Of a stretch of 64,000 bases of DNA, positions 25,288-35,544 are shown in pieces. The notes under the pieces were generated by a model, which saw nothing but the letters and a program-made list of their open reading frames with translations, had not been told where the DNA came from and searched no databases. A program made the translations under genes and the position numbers. Positions within the stretch are counted from its first letter, which is position 1. Every line of letters begins with the position of its first letter. Source of the DNA: an uncultured Bifidobacterium sp. (lineage in GTDB: Bacteria; Verrucomicrobiota; Verrucomicrobiia; Limisphaerales; JADLHS01); the NCBI GenBank assembly GCA_964561105.1, contig CAZLOH010000009.1, positions 22,679-86,678 on the forward strand. The letters run 5' to 3'.

Positions 25288-27198
25288 TCACTGCGCGGGT
25301 GAGGAGCGGAGGAGTTCGGCGAGGTTGTAGTGGGTGTAACGGGTGTTGCTGGCCACGTTCTCGCTGTCGGCGTTGGCCACCCAGAAATCCAGGGTGTCCG
25401 GTTCGAACAGGACGGAGTGAATGTTCGACTTCATGCAGACCGGACGTTTCATCAGGTCACGCGAGCTCGCAGCATCCAGTTTCCCATAGCCAGCCTTTAC
25501 GCGCTCAACCAGTTTCTCGTAACGATCCCCGGCGGAAAGCAACACGGTGTCCTCAACCGGGTGAGGCAGCCGCGGGTGCGCGGTACCGGGCAACACGACT
25601 TCAAACGTGTCGGGCGTGGCCGCGATGCCCACGGCGGTGTGGGTTTTGCCGTCGGCAATGACATAGTAATACTCACAGGTGCGCGGGCCGCGCCGCATGA
25701 TCGCGACCGCCTCGTCGAGCGTGGAGGCCTTTTCCATGACTTCGCGGACGAGTTCCGCCATGGGTTTGCCCTGCCATTTGCCCTCGCCGCGTCCGCCCAT
25801 TTCACCAATGGAAATATGCTTCTCATTCATGGCGGTGACCGAGCCGATGAAGCCCGCATAGCTGACATTGGCCCAGGCGTAGCCGTAATTGGGCTGCTCG
25901 ATGATTACCACGGCGTTGGGCTCGAGTCCCACGCCTTTCATGTAATCGAGAATGCGGCCGTGGTAGATGTGGCCGTCCGCCGTGGCCTTGCCGAAGACCG
26001 CGAAGCCGCTGCAATGAAACAGTTCCGGGAAGATGTTTGCCAGGCGCGCTTCCTGCCGGTCCAGCCCGGCTGCCGCGCCCATTGCGTCCATCTCCGCCAG
26101 ATAACGCGGATCAATGAACGGTTCGACGGCCTGTTGCGCCCGTTCAATCTCGCCGAAGAACCACGTGCCTTTCTCGAAGGAACTGCCCACGCCAACGCCG
26201 TAGAGAATCCGGTTCACCAGGTTTTGCACGCCGGCGCGCATGAGGACTCCGTGCTGATGGCCCATTTCTTCGGGCGATCCTTTCAAGAAAAGCACACGCG
26301 TGTCGTCAATGAGTTCGAGCCGGCCCTGGCCTTCGGTGGCAACCACTTTGCGCTCACCCCGAGCCGGGCCGAGGGTGGGCGTCTTCAATTGCAGGAGTGA
26401 AAGGGCGGCTGGGATGAAACGGGTCAGGTGAGATAGCGCCACGGTTTCGATATGCTCTTCGGGTCGAGCGTTGAGTTTCCATCCCTGAGCCGGCGGGGTG
26501 GAGGCCAGCGACAAATCACGCAGTTCGGCGGTGACACTCAGTTTTGAGCCATTCGCGAACCGGACTCGGACGGGCAGGGCGTCGGAATCGCGCAGCCACA
26601 GTCGCAGTTCGCCGGGCGGGAGTTTGGCGGACTGGGCCAGCGCCGGTGATGCTTTTACGTTCAGCACGTGGCACGGCACATTGCCGATGGTTTCGGCGGG
26701 GAGCGCTTCCACGTTCAGCGAAAGCAGAGCGGCCACCAGTGCCCAGCGGGAAATGGGCAGGCGGAACGGTTGGAGTTTCGTGGTGTCCAACTGGTCGGGC
26801 GTGGCGCTGAAGCGTGGGACGCCGGCCTTGCCAATCACGCCGAAGTTTTTCGATGGTGAATGAATCCAGATTTCCTGTCCGTCGCGGGCCAGCGCGAGTG
26901 GCAGTTTGTCAATCTGCCCCGCCAGCTTGAGGTGGTCCGGCGCTTGGAACGCAAAGTCCACCGCCTGGTTGGCGATGCCTTTCGGCGCGCCTTCGGCGTC
27001 GGTGACGACGAGTTGTCCGGAGAGCACGGGCGGCTGGTTGGGATTCGCCGGCTCGACGACCGAGGCCAGCGTCAGCAGGGTGTGTCCCAGCAGGCGTTTG
27101 GGCGCGGGGAAGAGGACGGCGGCGGCGACCACCAGGATCACGGCGAGTCCGCTGAAGGCGATGAGAGTTCGGAGCAGCCACTTTTTTGCAGAGGTCAT
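25288..27198 (-). CDS. Peptidase C45 (acyl-CoA:6-APA acyltransferase-like) family protein with TM anchor and LolA-like N-terminal domain
   Basis: Autoprocessing-type motif 'LFHCSGFAVFGKATADGHIYHGRILDY'. ATG at 27198 ('MTSAKKWLLRTLIAFSGLAVILVV'). Confidence 0.7.
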   Translation of the reverse strand: MTSAKKWLLRTLIAFSGLAVILVVAAAVLFPAPKRLLGHTLLTLASVVEPANPNQPPVLSGQLVVTDAEGAPKGIANQAVDFAFQAPDHLKLAGQIDKLPLALARDGQEIWIHSPSKNFGVIGKAGVPRFSATPDQLDTTKLQPFRLPISRWALVAALLSLNVEALPAETIGNVPCHVLNVKASPALAQSAKLPPGELRLWLRDSDALPVRVRFANGSKLSVTAELRDLSLASTPPAQGWKLNARPEEHIETVALSHLTRFIPAALSLLQLKTPTLGPARGERKVVATEGQGRLELIDDTRVLFLKGSPEEMGHQHGVLMRAGVQNLVNRILYGVGVGSSFEKGTWFFGEIERAQQAVEPFIDPRYLAEMDAMGAAAGLDRQEARLANIFPELFHCSGFAVFGKATADGHIYHGRILDYMKGVGLEPNAVVIIEQPNYGYAWANVSYAGFIGSVTAMNEKHISIGEMGGRGEGKWQGKPMAELVREVMEKASTLDEAVAIMRRGPRTCEYYYVIADGKTHTAVGIAATPDTFEVVLPGTAHPRLPHPVEDTVLLSAGDRYEKLVERVKAGYGKLDAASSRDLMKRPVCMKSNIHSVLFEPDTLDFWVANADSENVASNTRYTHYNLAELLRSSPAQ

Positions 27199-27336
27199 AA
27201 CAAGGAATGTCGCGGGTTCATTTTGCCGGGCCGACAACGTGGATGCGCCTTCACCGTCGGCGGGGAAGACGTCCCGTTCGTCGGAGGGAACAGTGCGCCA
27301 GGTTTCGAGCACTGGCAAACCTATTCTGCGCGAAGC

Positions 27337-28809
27337 TTAAACGTTGTAAGTGCTGCTGCTGGTCGTGCCGCCGCGCCCGGTCCAGTTCGTATGGAAAAAC
27401 TCGCCGCGCGGTTTGTCCACGCGCTCGTAAGTGTGGGCGCCGAAGTAATCGCGCTGCGCCTGGAGCAAATTGGCCGGTAACACCGCGCTACGATACTGAT
27501 CGTAGAACGCCAGGGCCGTGCTGAAGGCGGGGGCGGGAATGCCCTTCTTGGCCGCAGTCGCCACAATGTTGCGCCAGCTTTTCTGCGCCCGCTTGATCTC
27601 GCCACGGAAGTAATCGTCGAGCATCAGGTTGGTGAGCTTGGGATTCCGGTCGTAGGCGTCCTTGATCTTGCCGAGGAAACGTGAACGAATGATGCAGCCG
27701 CCGCGCCACATGAGGGCGATGCCGCCGTAGTTCAGGTTCCAGCCGTATTCCCGGGCGGCGGCGCGCATGAGCATGTAGCCCTGCGCATAGCTGACGATCT
27801 TGGAGGCGTAAAGCGCGCTCCGGATGTCCTCGATGAATTTCTTCTTCCTCACCGGATTTGCAGCAATGGCCGAGAGGGCAGGGCGGGGACCTTTCAATTT
27901 CCGCGCGGCTTTCACCCGTTCATCCTTCAGCGCCGACACGCAGCGCGAATAAACCGCCTCCGCCATCAACGTGATTGGAATGCCGAGGTCCTGCGAATTG
28001 ATGACCGTCCACTTGCCCGTGCCTTTCTGGCCGGCGGTGTCGAGGATCTTGTCCACCAGTGGCGTGCCGTCGTCGTCCTTCTTGGCCAGGATATCGCGGG
28101 TGATTTCGATGAGATAGCTGTCGAGTTCGCCTTGATTCCACTCCGCGAAAACGTCGTGCATTTCCCCGGCGCTCAGGCCGAGGCCGTTCTTCAAAATGTT
28201 GTAGGCCTCGCAGATCAACTGCATGTCCCCGTATTCGATGCCGTTGTGAACCATCTTCACGTAATGGCCCGCGCCGCCTTCGCCCACCCAATCGCAGCAC
28301 GGCGTGCCGTCCTCGACTTTGGCGGCGACGCCTTGGAAAATGGCCTTCACGTGTGGCCAGGCGGCGGGGGAGCCGCCCGGCATGATGGAGGGGCCGTGGC
28401 GCGCGCCTTCCTCGCCGCCGCTTACGCCGGTGCCGATGTAGAGGAGGCCCTGGCTCTCGCACAGTTTTACCCGCCGGTTCGTGTCCTCAAATAACGAATT
28501 GCCGCCGTCAATAATGATGTCGCCTGGAGCAAGCAGGGGCAGGAGGTGCGAGATGAATTCGTCCACGGGCTTGCCGGCTTTGACGAGCATCATCACCCGG
28601 CGGGGGTGCTTGAGTTGAGCGATCATTTCTTCGAGCGAATGAGCGCCGAGGACTTTGGTGCCCTTGGCCTCGTGGGCGAGAAAATGATCCACCTTCTCGA
28701 CGGTGCGATTATAGGCCACCACGGTGAAGCCGTGGTCGTTCATGTTGAGGATCAAATTCTGGCCCATGACGGCCAGCCCGATGAGTGCGATGTCGCCTTT
28801 GGTTTCCAT
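27337..28809 (-). CDS. gnd: 6-phosphogluconate dehydrogenase, decarboxylating
   Basis: 'IALIGLAVMGQNLILNMNDHGF', 'GGNSLFEDT', 'HNGIEYGDMQLI'. ATG at 28809. Confidence 0.95.
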   Translation of the reverse strand: METKGDIALIGLAVMGQNLILNMNDHGFTVVAYNRTVEKVDHFLAHEAKGTKVLGAHSLEEMIAQLKHPRRVMMLVKAGKPVDEFISHLLPLLAPGDIIIDGGNSLFEDTNRRVKLCESQGLLYIGTGVSGGEEGARHGPSIMPGGSPAAWPHVKAIFQGVAAKVEDGTPCCDWVGEGGAGHYVKMVHNGIEYGDMQLICEAYNILKNGLGLSAGEMHDVFAEWNQGELDSYLIEITRDILAKKDDDGTPLVDKILDTAGQKGTGKWTVINSQDLGIPITLMAEAVYSRCVSALKDERVKAARKLKGPRPALSAIAANPVRKKKFIEDIRSALYASKIVSYAQGYMLMRAAAREYGWNLNYGGIALMWRGGCIIRSRFLGKIKDAYDRNPKLTNLMLDDYFRGEIKRAQKSWRNIVATAAKKGIPAPAFSTALAFYDQYRSAVLPANLLQAQRDYFGAHTYERVDKPRGEFFHTNWTGRGGTTSSSTYNV

Positions 28810-28816
28810 AGGGAAT

Positions 28817-29320
28817 TCAGTGTGCGCCGAGTTGCAACCGCGGTTCGTGTTCGAGGAGCACATTCAGATTTGGCCAGTTGGCTTCGTTCATGTCGTTGAA
28901 CGCATTCAGATAAACGGCCACGGCTTCGGGCGGATGCTTGGCCAGCAACGCATCCACGGCCGCCTTCAACTTCGCGTCGTCCACCGCGGCGGGCAGGTCC
29001 TCCACCACACCGTTCTCATTCGGGATGTCGAGCGCGTTCAGGAAGTCCACGAGCATGGCGCTTTGTTTTTTTACCAGCCAGGCGCGCAGCAACGTGCCGG
29101 CGGCAACGTCGAGGTGCGGACGGGCCAGGGTGGCGAGGATGATGGCATTGCGTTCGACCCGGGATTGCCGCTCCAGGAACACCGGGCGCAAGTGGCGCGC
29201 TTCCGCCACGGCCTTGAGCACGGCGCGGTAGGTGGGTTTTTCCTCCTCACCGGCAAAGGTGATGATCTCGTTCGCCAACGCGGGAGACATGAAGCCGAGC
29301 AATTCGTGCGACTTGAGCAT
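28817..29320 (-). CDS. Hypothetical protein (167 aa, helical)
   Basis: ATG start, good codon bias, packed between lpxI and gnd. No motif recognised. Confidence 0.55.
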   Translation of the reverse strand: MLKSHELLGFMSPALANEIITFAGEEEKPTYRAVLKAVAEARHLRPVFLERQSRVERNAIILATLARPHLDVAAGTLLRAWLVKKQSAMLVDFLNALDIPNENGVVEDLPAAVDDAKLKAAVDALLAKHPPEAVAVYLNAFNDMNEANWPNLNVLLEHEPRLQLGAH

Positions 29321-29364
29321 GGAATAATTTATATGTGAACGTGGCCTGGGCGGGTTGAACCGTT

Positions 29365-30183
29365 TCAGCCCACCGTGGCGACGGCAAGTTTGTGGCGGTC
29401 GGCCAGTTCAGTGCAAGTTTCTTGTTCGAGCAGCAGGCTCTTCCCGGATTCAAACGCCAGCACGGCGACTCCGGAGCGGGCGCAGGTTTCCAGGGTTTGC
29501 GGGCCCAGGCAGGGCACGTCAAAGCGCATGTCGTGATTGAGTTTGGAAACCTTCACCGCCACCGCGCCGCCGTCCTTCCCGGCGAGTTCGCCGCCGCGCG
29601 CCAGGCATTTATCCGTGCCTTCGAAGCCTTCCGCGGCCAGCACCGTGCCTTCCTTGACCACCACGAGCTGACCGATCTCGAGCCGGGAGACTTCCTTCGC
29701 GATGCGGAAACCGAACTCGACGTCCATCCGCTGCTCCTCGGTCAACTTGCGCCCGAGCCGGAAGCCGGCTCCCGGCATCAATGGCTGGAGCCACGGACCG
29801 GCTTCGATCAACTTCACGCCATCCTTCTGAAGCTCGTCGGCAATGGCGCCAAAGATCGTGTGCGCGTTCCGCTCCTTCAATTTGAACAACAGCCCCATCG
29901 CGCGCAGGTCGGGGCGGACCTCATAAAGATTTTTGGGCGCAATCTGCCCGAGCATGACACATTGCTTGACGCCCCGGTCGGTGAAGGCGGCGATCATTTT
30001 CGACAGTTGGCCGACTTTGATCCAGACCAACTCATCCACCAACGAAGCCAGCGTGGGATCGGTTTCGCCCACGAAAGCGACCGCCACGACGCGCTGACCA
30101 GCGGCCCGTGCTTGTTGGGCAAAGAGCAGTGGCAACGAGCGATTGCCCGCCAGGAGGCCGATGGGGTCGGAGGTCGGATTCAT
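29365..30183 (-). CDS. lpxI: UDP-2,3-diacylglucosamine pyrophosphatase LpxI (DUF1009)
   Basis: 'IGLLAGNRSLPLLFA' and 'EIGQLVVVKEGTVLAAEGFEGTDKCLARG' match the LpxI signature recalled from Caulobacter LpxI. ATG at 30183. Confidence 0.8.
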   Translation of the reverse strand: MNPTSDPIGLLAGNRSLPLLFAQQARAAGQRVVAVAFVGETDPTLASLVDELVWIKVGQLSKMIAAFTDRGVKQCVMLGQIAPKNLYEVRPDLRAMGLLFKLKERNAHTIFGAIADELQKDGVKLIEAGPWLQPLMPGAGFRLGRKLTEEQRMDVEFGFRIAKEVSRLEIGQLVVVKEGTVLAAEGFEGTDKCLARGGELAGKDGGAVAVKVSKLNHDMRFDVPCLGPQTLETCARSGVAVLAFESGKSLLLEQETCTELADRHKLAVATVG

Positions 30184-30285
30184 AATGATTCGTCCCGTTT
30201 GCGAACACGGGTGCTCATTAAATGACAAAGCGCGGGGGTTGTAAACCCGGCAGGGTGCGGCATTGCAAGTGATTGTCCGCCGAAG

Positions 30286-32097
30286 ATGCCTGCGAGATTG
30301 GTCTTTAAGGTGCTGATGGAGATGAGTCTTACCCGCCGTCCATCGGGCGTTTGCTGCGGTGAGAAGTCAATCAGCATGGTCGAAGCTCAGTCATTTACGA
30401 TAGCAGAGACATCGCCGGCTCCCTTGGTGAGCGACGATGCGAAAACTCCGTCGGAAGCCGCCCCGGCCCCGCATCAACATTGGCGCACTCTGGTGTTGGG
30501 CGCGATCATTGTCGTCAACGCCGCCGTCGCCGTCTGGCTGTGCCTGGAGGTGACGCAGGTTTCCCGCGGTCTGCTGACCGGTTCGGACGGAAATCTGTTG
30601 AACCGCGTGTCGCGGTGGCGCGATGTCGCGGTGCAAGCGATGGCAGGCGCGGGCTTGGTGCTGGCGTTGGTGACGTTCGCGGCCTTTCGCTTTACCGAGC
30701 TGGGTTGGGTGAAACGCTATACGGCCTCTCAACGAGAATGGGAATCCCAATGCAGCCGGTTGCGACTGTTGTTCGCGGAGAAAAAACGCGCCGAGGAACA
30801 TCTCCTCACCATCCGCACCGGACTCAACAGCCGGATCACCACGCTCACCGGCGAGATCAAGGAGCTGCAGGATGAATTGAATCGGCGGCGGCGAAATGAA
30901 CGCTCACTTTCAGACCAGCGCCAGCGGCTCGAGGCCACCAAGGACGTGCTGCAAGTGCATGTGCAGGCGCGGGCGCAGGAATTGCAAAAATTGCAGCGCC
31001 AGTACGAGTTGATCCTCAATTCGGCGGGCGAAGGCATCTGTGGCGTCGAACCCGGTGGGAAAATCACCTTCGTCAACCCGACGGCCGCGCGTCTCCTGGG
31101 CCTGGAAGTTTCCAAAATGGTCGGCTGTGCCGAAACGGAAATCTTCGGCGTTCCGGCGCAGCATGACACTGCCACTCTCTACCGGAACCAGGAAATCAAG
31201 CCATCCGAAGTCATCCTCAAGCGGGCCGATGGCACCACGTTCACTGCCGAGTTCGTGCGCTCGCAAATCCGGGAGAACGACCGCGTGGTCGGGCGCGTGG
31301 TGTTGTTCAAGGACATCACCGAGCGCAAGAAATCCGCCGAGGCCCTCGAGCACAAAGCGGCGGAACTGGCGCGCTCGAATGCCGAACTTGAACAGTTTGC
31401 CTTCGTCGCCTCGCACGATTTGCAGGAGCCGTTGCGAAAAATCCGCGCGTTCGGTGACCGACTGAAATCCAAATGTCACGCCACCTTGCCGGAGGAGGGG
31501 GCGGACTACCTGGACCGGATGCAAAACGCGTCCGCCCGGATGCAGACACTGATCAATGATTTGCTCACGTTCTCCCGCGTGATCAGCCGCAATGAGCCGT
31601 TTGTGGAAGTGGATTTGAACCAGATCACGCGCGAGGTGCTCGGCGATTTGGAAGTGCGCATCGAGAAAACACGCGCGCAGGTCGAAGTTGGCGATCTGCC
31701 CACGCTCGAAGGCGATCCTACGCAGATGCGCCAGTTACTCCAGAATCTGATTGGCAACGCGCTGAAATTCCACGCACCCGGTGCCAGTCCCCGGGTGCAG
31801 GTGCGCGCCACCTCCATCGAGGACGTCTATGCGGAGAATGACATTAGCCGGCTGACCGTGCAGGACAACGGCATTGGGTTCGACGAAAAGTATCTGGACC
31901 GGATTTTCGCCGTCTTCCAGCGGTTGCACGGCCGGCAGGAATACGAAGGCACAGGCATCGGCCTCGCCGTGTGCCGGCGAATTGTGGACCGGCACAAGGG
32001 CACGATCACGGCCAAGAGTAAGCCGGGCGAAGGCACGACTTTCATCATTGATCTGCCGCTGCCCCGGCGGCTCAAGGAGCGGCAACTCTTTGTATGA
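30286..32097 (+). CDS. Membrane sensor histidine kinase (TM, coiled coil, PAS, HisKA, HATPase)
   Basis: H-box 'FVASHDLQEPLRKI', 'NLIGNALKF', 'DNGIGFDEKY', 'GTGIGLAVCRRIV'. A PAS region precedes them. Confidence 0.9.
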   Translation: MPARLVFKVLMEMSLTRRPSGVCCGEKSISMVEAQSFTIAETSPAPLVSDDAKTPSEAAPAPHQHWRTLVLGAIIVVNAAVAVWLCLEVTQVSRGLLTGSDGNLLNRVSRWRDVAVQAMAGAGLVLALVTFAAFRFTELGWVKRYTASQREWESQCSRLRLLFAEKKRAEEHLLTIRTGLNSRITTLTGEIKELQDELNRRRRNERSLSDQRQRLEATKDVLQVHVQARAQELQKLQRQYELILNSAGEGICGVEPGGKITFVNPTAARLLGLEVSKMVGCAETEIFGVPAQHDTATLYRNQEIKPSEVILKRADGTTFTAEFVRSQIRENDRVVGRVVLFKDITERKKSAEALEHKAAELARSNAELEQFAFVASHDLQEPLRKIRAFGDRLKSKCHATLPEEGADYLDRMQNASARMQTLINDLLTFSRVISRNEPFVEVDLNQITREVLGDLEVRIEKTRAQVEVGDLPTLEGDPTQMRQLLQNLIGNALKFHAPGASPRVQVRATSIEDVYAENDISRLTVQDNGIGFDEKYLDRIFAVFQRLHGRQEYEGTGIGLAVCRRIVDRHKGTITAKSKPGEGTTFIIDLPLPRRLKERQLFV

Positions 32098-32558
32098 GCT
32101 TGATGCGGGATCATCTCATCTTGATGGCCGAGGACGACGCCGATGATCGGCTGCTCGTGCGCGAGGCGTTCAAAGAATGTAAATCCGGCGGCAACGTGCG
32201 GTTCGTGGCGGACGGCGAGGAACTCGTGGATTATCTCTTGCGCCGGGGCAAATACTCGAAAGCCAGCGAATCGCCCCGGCCGGATTTGATCCTGCTCGAT
32301 CTGAACATGCCGCGCAAAGACGGCAAGGAAGCTCTGAAGGAAATCCGGGCGCACAGCGAACTGCGGCGGGTGCCCGTCGTCGTGTTCACCACCTCGCGCG
32401 CCGACACGGATATCGCCCGGATGTATGAATTGGGGGCGAACTCATTCATTGCCAAGCCCGCCGGTTTCGACGCACTGGTCGCCACCGTCACCCACCTCAT
32501 GGGTTATTGGTTCGGCATCGTCGAACTGCCCGCCACCCTCAACAACGCCAAGCCATGA
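32094..32558 (+). CDS. Single-domain response regulator (CheY/Rcp-like)
   Basis: 'ILMAEDDADD...DLILLDLNMPRKDG...FIAKP'. ATGA overlap with the upstream kinase. Confidence 0.9.
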   Translation: MSLMRDHLILMAEDDADDRLLVREAFKECKSGGNVRFVADGEELVDYLLRRGKYSKASESPRPDLILLDLNMPRKDGKEALKEIRAHSELRRVPVVVFTTSRADTDIARMYELGANSFIAKPAGFDALVATVTHLMGYWFGIVELPATLNNAKP

Positions 32559-35317
32559 GCGACACGCAGATCACCCGCTTGCTGGTCGTCGAGGACGACG
32601 AGGAAGATTTCATGTTGACGCGCGATCTGGTGCGCGAAATCCCGGGCCGCCGGTTCACGATCGAGTGGGCGCGCACCTACGAGGATGGCATGAAGGCATT
32701 GCTCGCCAACACCCAGGAACTGGCATTGCTCGATTATCGGTTGGGGGCGCACGACGGGATCGAGCTTTTGCGCGCCGCCCGGGCGGCAGGCGCCGAGACG
32801 CCGGTGATCATGTTGACGGGCGTCGGCCATCAGGACGCCGATCTCGCAGCGATGAAGGCCGGCGCGGCGGATTACCTTGTCAAAGGCCAGGTCGAGTCCC
32901 AGCAGCTCGAGCGTGCGATCCGCTATGCGTTGGAGCGGCAACGGGCCGCATCCGAGGCGGCGTTTGAACAGGCGCGGCTGGCGGCGTTCGGCGCCCAGGT
33001 GGGTCTGGTGCTCACGCAGCGCGGGCCGTTGGCGGCGATTCTCGAAAAGTGCGCCAACGCGATGGTGCAATACCTGAGCGGGGCACTGGCTCAACTGTGG
33101 GTCTTCAATTCCGCCAAGGAAGCGTTCGAGTTGAAGGCCTGCGCGGGCACGGTGAACAGCCACGCGAATTCCGACACGGACCTGCTCGTCTCCGAAACCT
33201 TGCGCGGGGGCAAACCCGTGTTCATTCCCGAGGTCGGCAAGGACGCCAATCTGCAGGAGCGCACCTGGGTGCGGGGCGAGGGCTTTGTCTCTTTCGCCGC
33301 GTATCCCTTGACGCTGGAAGACCGGCTGGTCGGTTGCATGGCGCTGTTTTCGCGCGAGCCGCTGGTCGAGACCGTGCTCCAGGAACTTGCCTCCGTCGCC
33401 AACGGCGTGGCCGTCTGCATCCAGCGCAAACTGGCCGAAGACGCCCTCGATGCCAGCGAAAATCGCTATCAATCCGTCGTTAGCAGCATCAAGGAAGTCA
33501 TCTTTCAAATCAACGTGTCGGGGCAGTGGTCCTTCCTTAACCCCGCCTGGACCAAGATCACCGGTTTCCCCGTCAAGGATACCGTGGGCACCATGTTCCT
33601 GGATTATCTATCCACGGACACACGCGACTTGGTTAGCGAACCTTTCCTCAAACTGGCGCGGGGTGAAAGTGATCGCTACGACGTGGAGGCCAAACTCGCC
33701 ACCCAATTGGGTGACTTCCGTTGGGTGGAATTGTCGCTCCGCCTCACGAGCGATTCGGTGGATGGCGCGAAAAGCATTTCCGGCAGTTTGAACGACATCA
33801 CGGATCGCAAAAGCGCCGAGGCCCAGGTGCAAAAGCTCGCCGCCTTCCCGCGGGTCAGCCCCAACCCGGTCCTTGAATTTTCCCGGCGCGGCGAACTCAG
33901 TTACGCCAACGATGCCGCTTCCGACCTGATGCGCCTGCTCGGCAAGAAGCACATTCTGGAAACCATGCCCGCCGAAGTGCGCGCCATCGTTGCCGAGTGC
34001 CTTGAGTCCGGCCAAAAGAAATCGGGGGAGCAAGTCACCATCAACGGGCGCACCATCACCTGGTCGTTCTTCCCCGTGCCGAGCATTCAGGTCGTGCATT
34101 GCTATGGGGCGGACATCACCGAGATGTTGAGTCTGGAAGCCCAGTATCGGCACGCGCAAAAGCTCGAATCCGTAGGCCAGATGGCGGCCGGCATCGCGCA
34201 CGATTACAACAACATTCTCACCGTCATCCAGGGTTACGCGGATTGCGTGCTCGGCAGTGTGAAAGGCAACGAAGCGTTGACTGCTCCGCTCAAACAGATC
34301 GCCGGCGCCGCCCGGCGCGCCGCCACACTCACGCGAAAATTACTCACGTTCAGCCGCAAGCAAGTCGTCCAGGCGCGGCCGCTCGACATCGTCGCCGTGC
34401 TCGTGGACTTCGAGAAAATGCTTCCGCGCCTGCTGGGCGAAGACATCCTCCTCAAGACCGATTACCCCGAAGGCCTCCCGGCCATTGAAGCCGACGCCGG
34501 GATGGTTGAGCAGGTTGTGATGAACCTCTCCGTCAACGCCCGGGACGCCATGCCCAAGGGCGGTCAACTCACGATTTCGCTCGCACTGACGGAGGTTGAT
34601 GAAGCCTACGTTCGCCAGCGACCCGAGGCCCGCTTGGGGCCGTTCGTCGCCCTGTCCATTCAGGACACCGGCTGCGGCATGGACGAAAAAGTTTTGGCGC
34701 GTATCTTTGAGCCGTTCTTCTCCACGAAAGAAGTCGGCCGGGGCACGGGACTCGGACTGGCCACCGTGTACGGCATCATGAAACAGCATCGGGGCTGGGT
34801 CGAAGTCACCAGTGCCGTTGGCCGGGGCACAACCTTCCGCGCCTTCTTCCCGGCGCTGCCCAACGTCGTCGTGGAAACCGATGATCAGACTGAATCCCTC
34901 ATGTTGGCCCGGGGCGGACGCGAAACGATTTTGCTGGTGGAAGATGAACCCGTCCTGCGCGAGCTCGTGTGCAAGGTGCTGCGAGATTACGATTATCATG
35001 TGCTCGAAGCGGAGACGGGCGTCGCTGCCCTGAAAATTTGGGACGCACACAATGGCCAGGTGGACCTGCTGTTGACCGATATGGTCATGCCCGGCGGCGT
35101 CAGCGGCGCGGAACTCGCCCAACAACTGCGCAAGCGCAAGCCCGACCTCCGCGTCATTTACAGCAGCGGTTACAGTGCGGACATCGTCGGCAAGAATTTC
35201 AGCGAGCACGACCCCATCTTTCTGGCCAAACCCTATCGGCCGCCCCAGCTCGCCCAACGTGTCCGGCGGAGTCTCGACTCCCCGCCACAACCGATCCTTG
35301 AAGTGGACGGGTTGTGA
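32555..35317 (+). CDS. Hybrid histidine kinase (REC, GAF, PAS, PAS, HisKA, HATPase, REC)
   Basis: N-terminal REC 'LLVVEDDEED...LALLDYRLG'. H-box 'AAGIAHDYNNILTVI'. 'DTGCGMDEKV', 'GTGLGLATVYGI'. C-terminal REC 'LLLTDMVMPGGVSG'. ATGA overlap with the upstream gene. Confidence 0.9.
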   Translation: MSDTQITRLLVVEDDEEDFMLTRDLVREIPGRRFTIEWARTYEDGMKALLANTQELALLDYRLGAHDGIELLRAARAAGAETPVIMLTGVGHQDADLAAMKAGAADYLVKGQVESQQLERAIRYALERQRAASEAAFEQARLAAFGAQVGLVLTQRGPLAAILEKCANAMVQYLSGALAQLWVFNSAKEAFELKACAGTVNSHANSDTDLLVSETLRGGKPVFIPEVGKDANLQERTWVRGEGFVSFAAYPLTLEDRLVGCMALFSREPLVETVLQELASVANGVAVCIQRKLAEDALDASENRYQSVVSSIKEVIFQINVSGQWSFLNPAWTKITGFPVKDTVGTMFLDYLSTDTRDLVSEPFLKLARGESDRYDVEAKLATQLGDFRWVELSLRLTSDSVDGAKSISGSLNDITDRKSAEAQVQKLAAFPRVSPNPVLEFSRRGELSYANDAASDLMRLLGKKHILETMPAEVRAIVAECLESGQKKSGEQVTINGRTITWSFFPVPSIQVVHCYGADITEMLSLEAQYRHAQKLESVGQMAAGIAHDYNNILTVIQGYADCVLGSVKGNEALTAPLKQIAGAARRAATLTRKLLTFSRKQVVQARPLDIVAVLVDFEKMLPRLLGEDILLKTDYPEGLPAIEADAGMVEQVVMNLSVNARDAMPKGGQLTISLALTEVDEAYVRQRPEARLGPFVALSIQDTGCGMDEKVLARIFEPFFSTKEVGRGTGLGLATVYGIMKQHRGWVEVTSAVGRGTTFRAFFPALPNVVVETDDQTESLMLARGGRETILLVEDEPVLRELVCKVLRDYDYHVLEAETGVAALKIWDAHNGQVDLLLTDMVMPGGVSGAELAQQLRKRKPDLRVIYSSGYSADIVGKNFSEHDPIFLAKPYRPPQLAQRVRRSLDSPPQPILEVDGL

Positions 35318-35396
35318 CGCGGAGCGGCGAGACCGCTTATCCTGGCGGGCGGAACGGTTGACGACGAAGACTCCGCCGGGGCGTCGTTGGCCTGCT

Positions 35397-35521
35397 TATT
35401 TCACACACAGCTTGGAATGCTGACACTTCGCCGCGTGGGGGCACGCGGCCTACAAGCCTCGCTTGCGCGGTCCTGAAGGCCGGGTTCCCCAAACCGGCGT
35501 TACGAGTGCGAAGTGTTCGGG
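35397..35521 (+). repeat. Dispersed about 125-bp structured repeat, copy A
   Basis: Aligns over its whole length with 40472..40594. Shared core 'gccgcgtgggggcacgcggcctacaagcctcg...tcctgaaggccgggtt...ccggcgttacgagtgc'. Contains the hairpin ccgcgt-ggggc-acgcgg. Confidence 0.85.
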
Positions 35522-35544
35522 TTAGGCGTTTCAGTTTCCATCCC

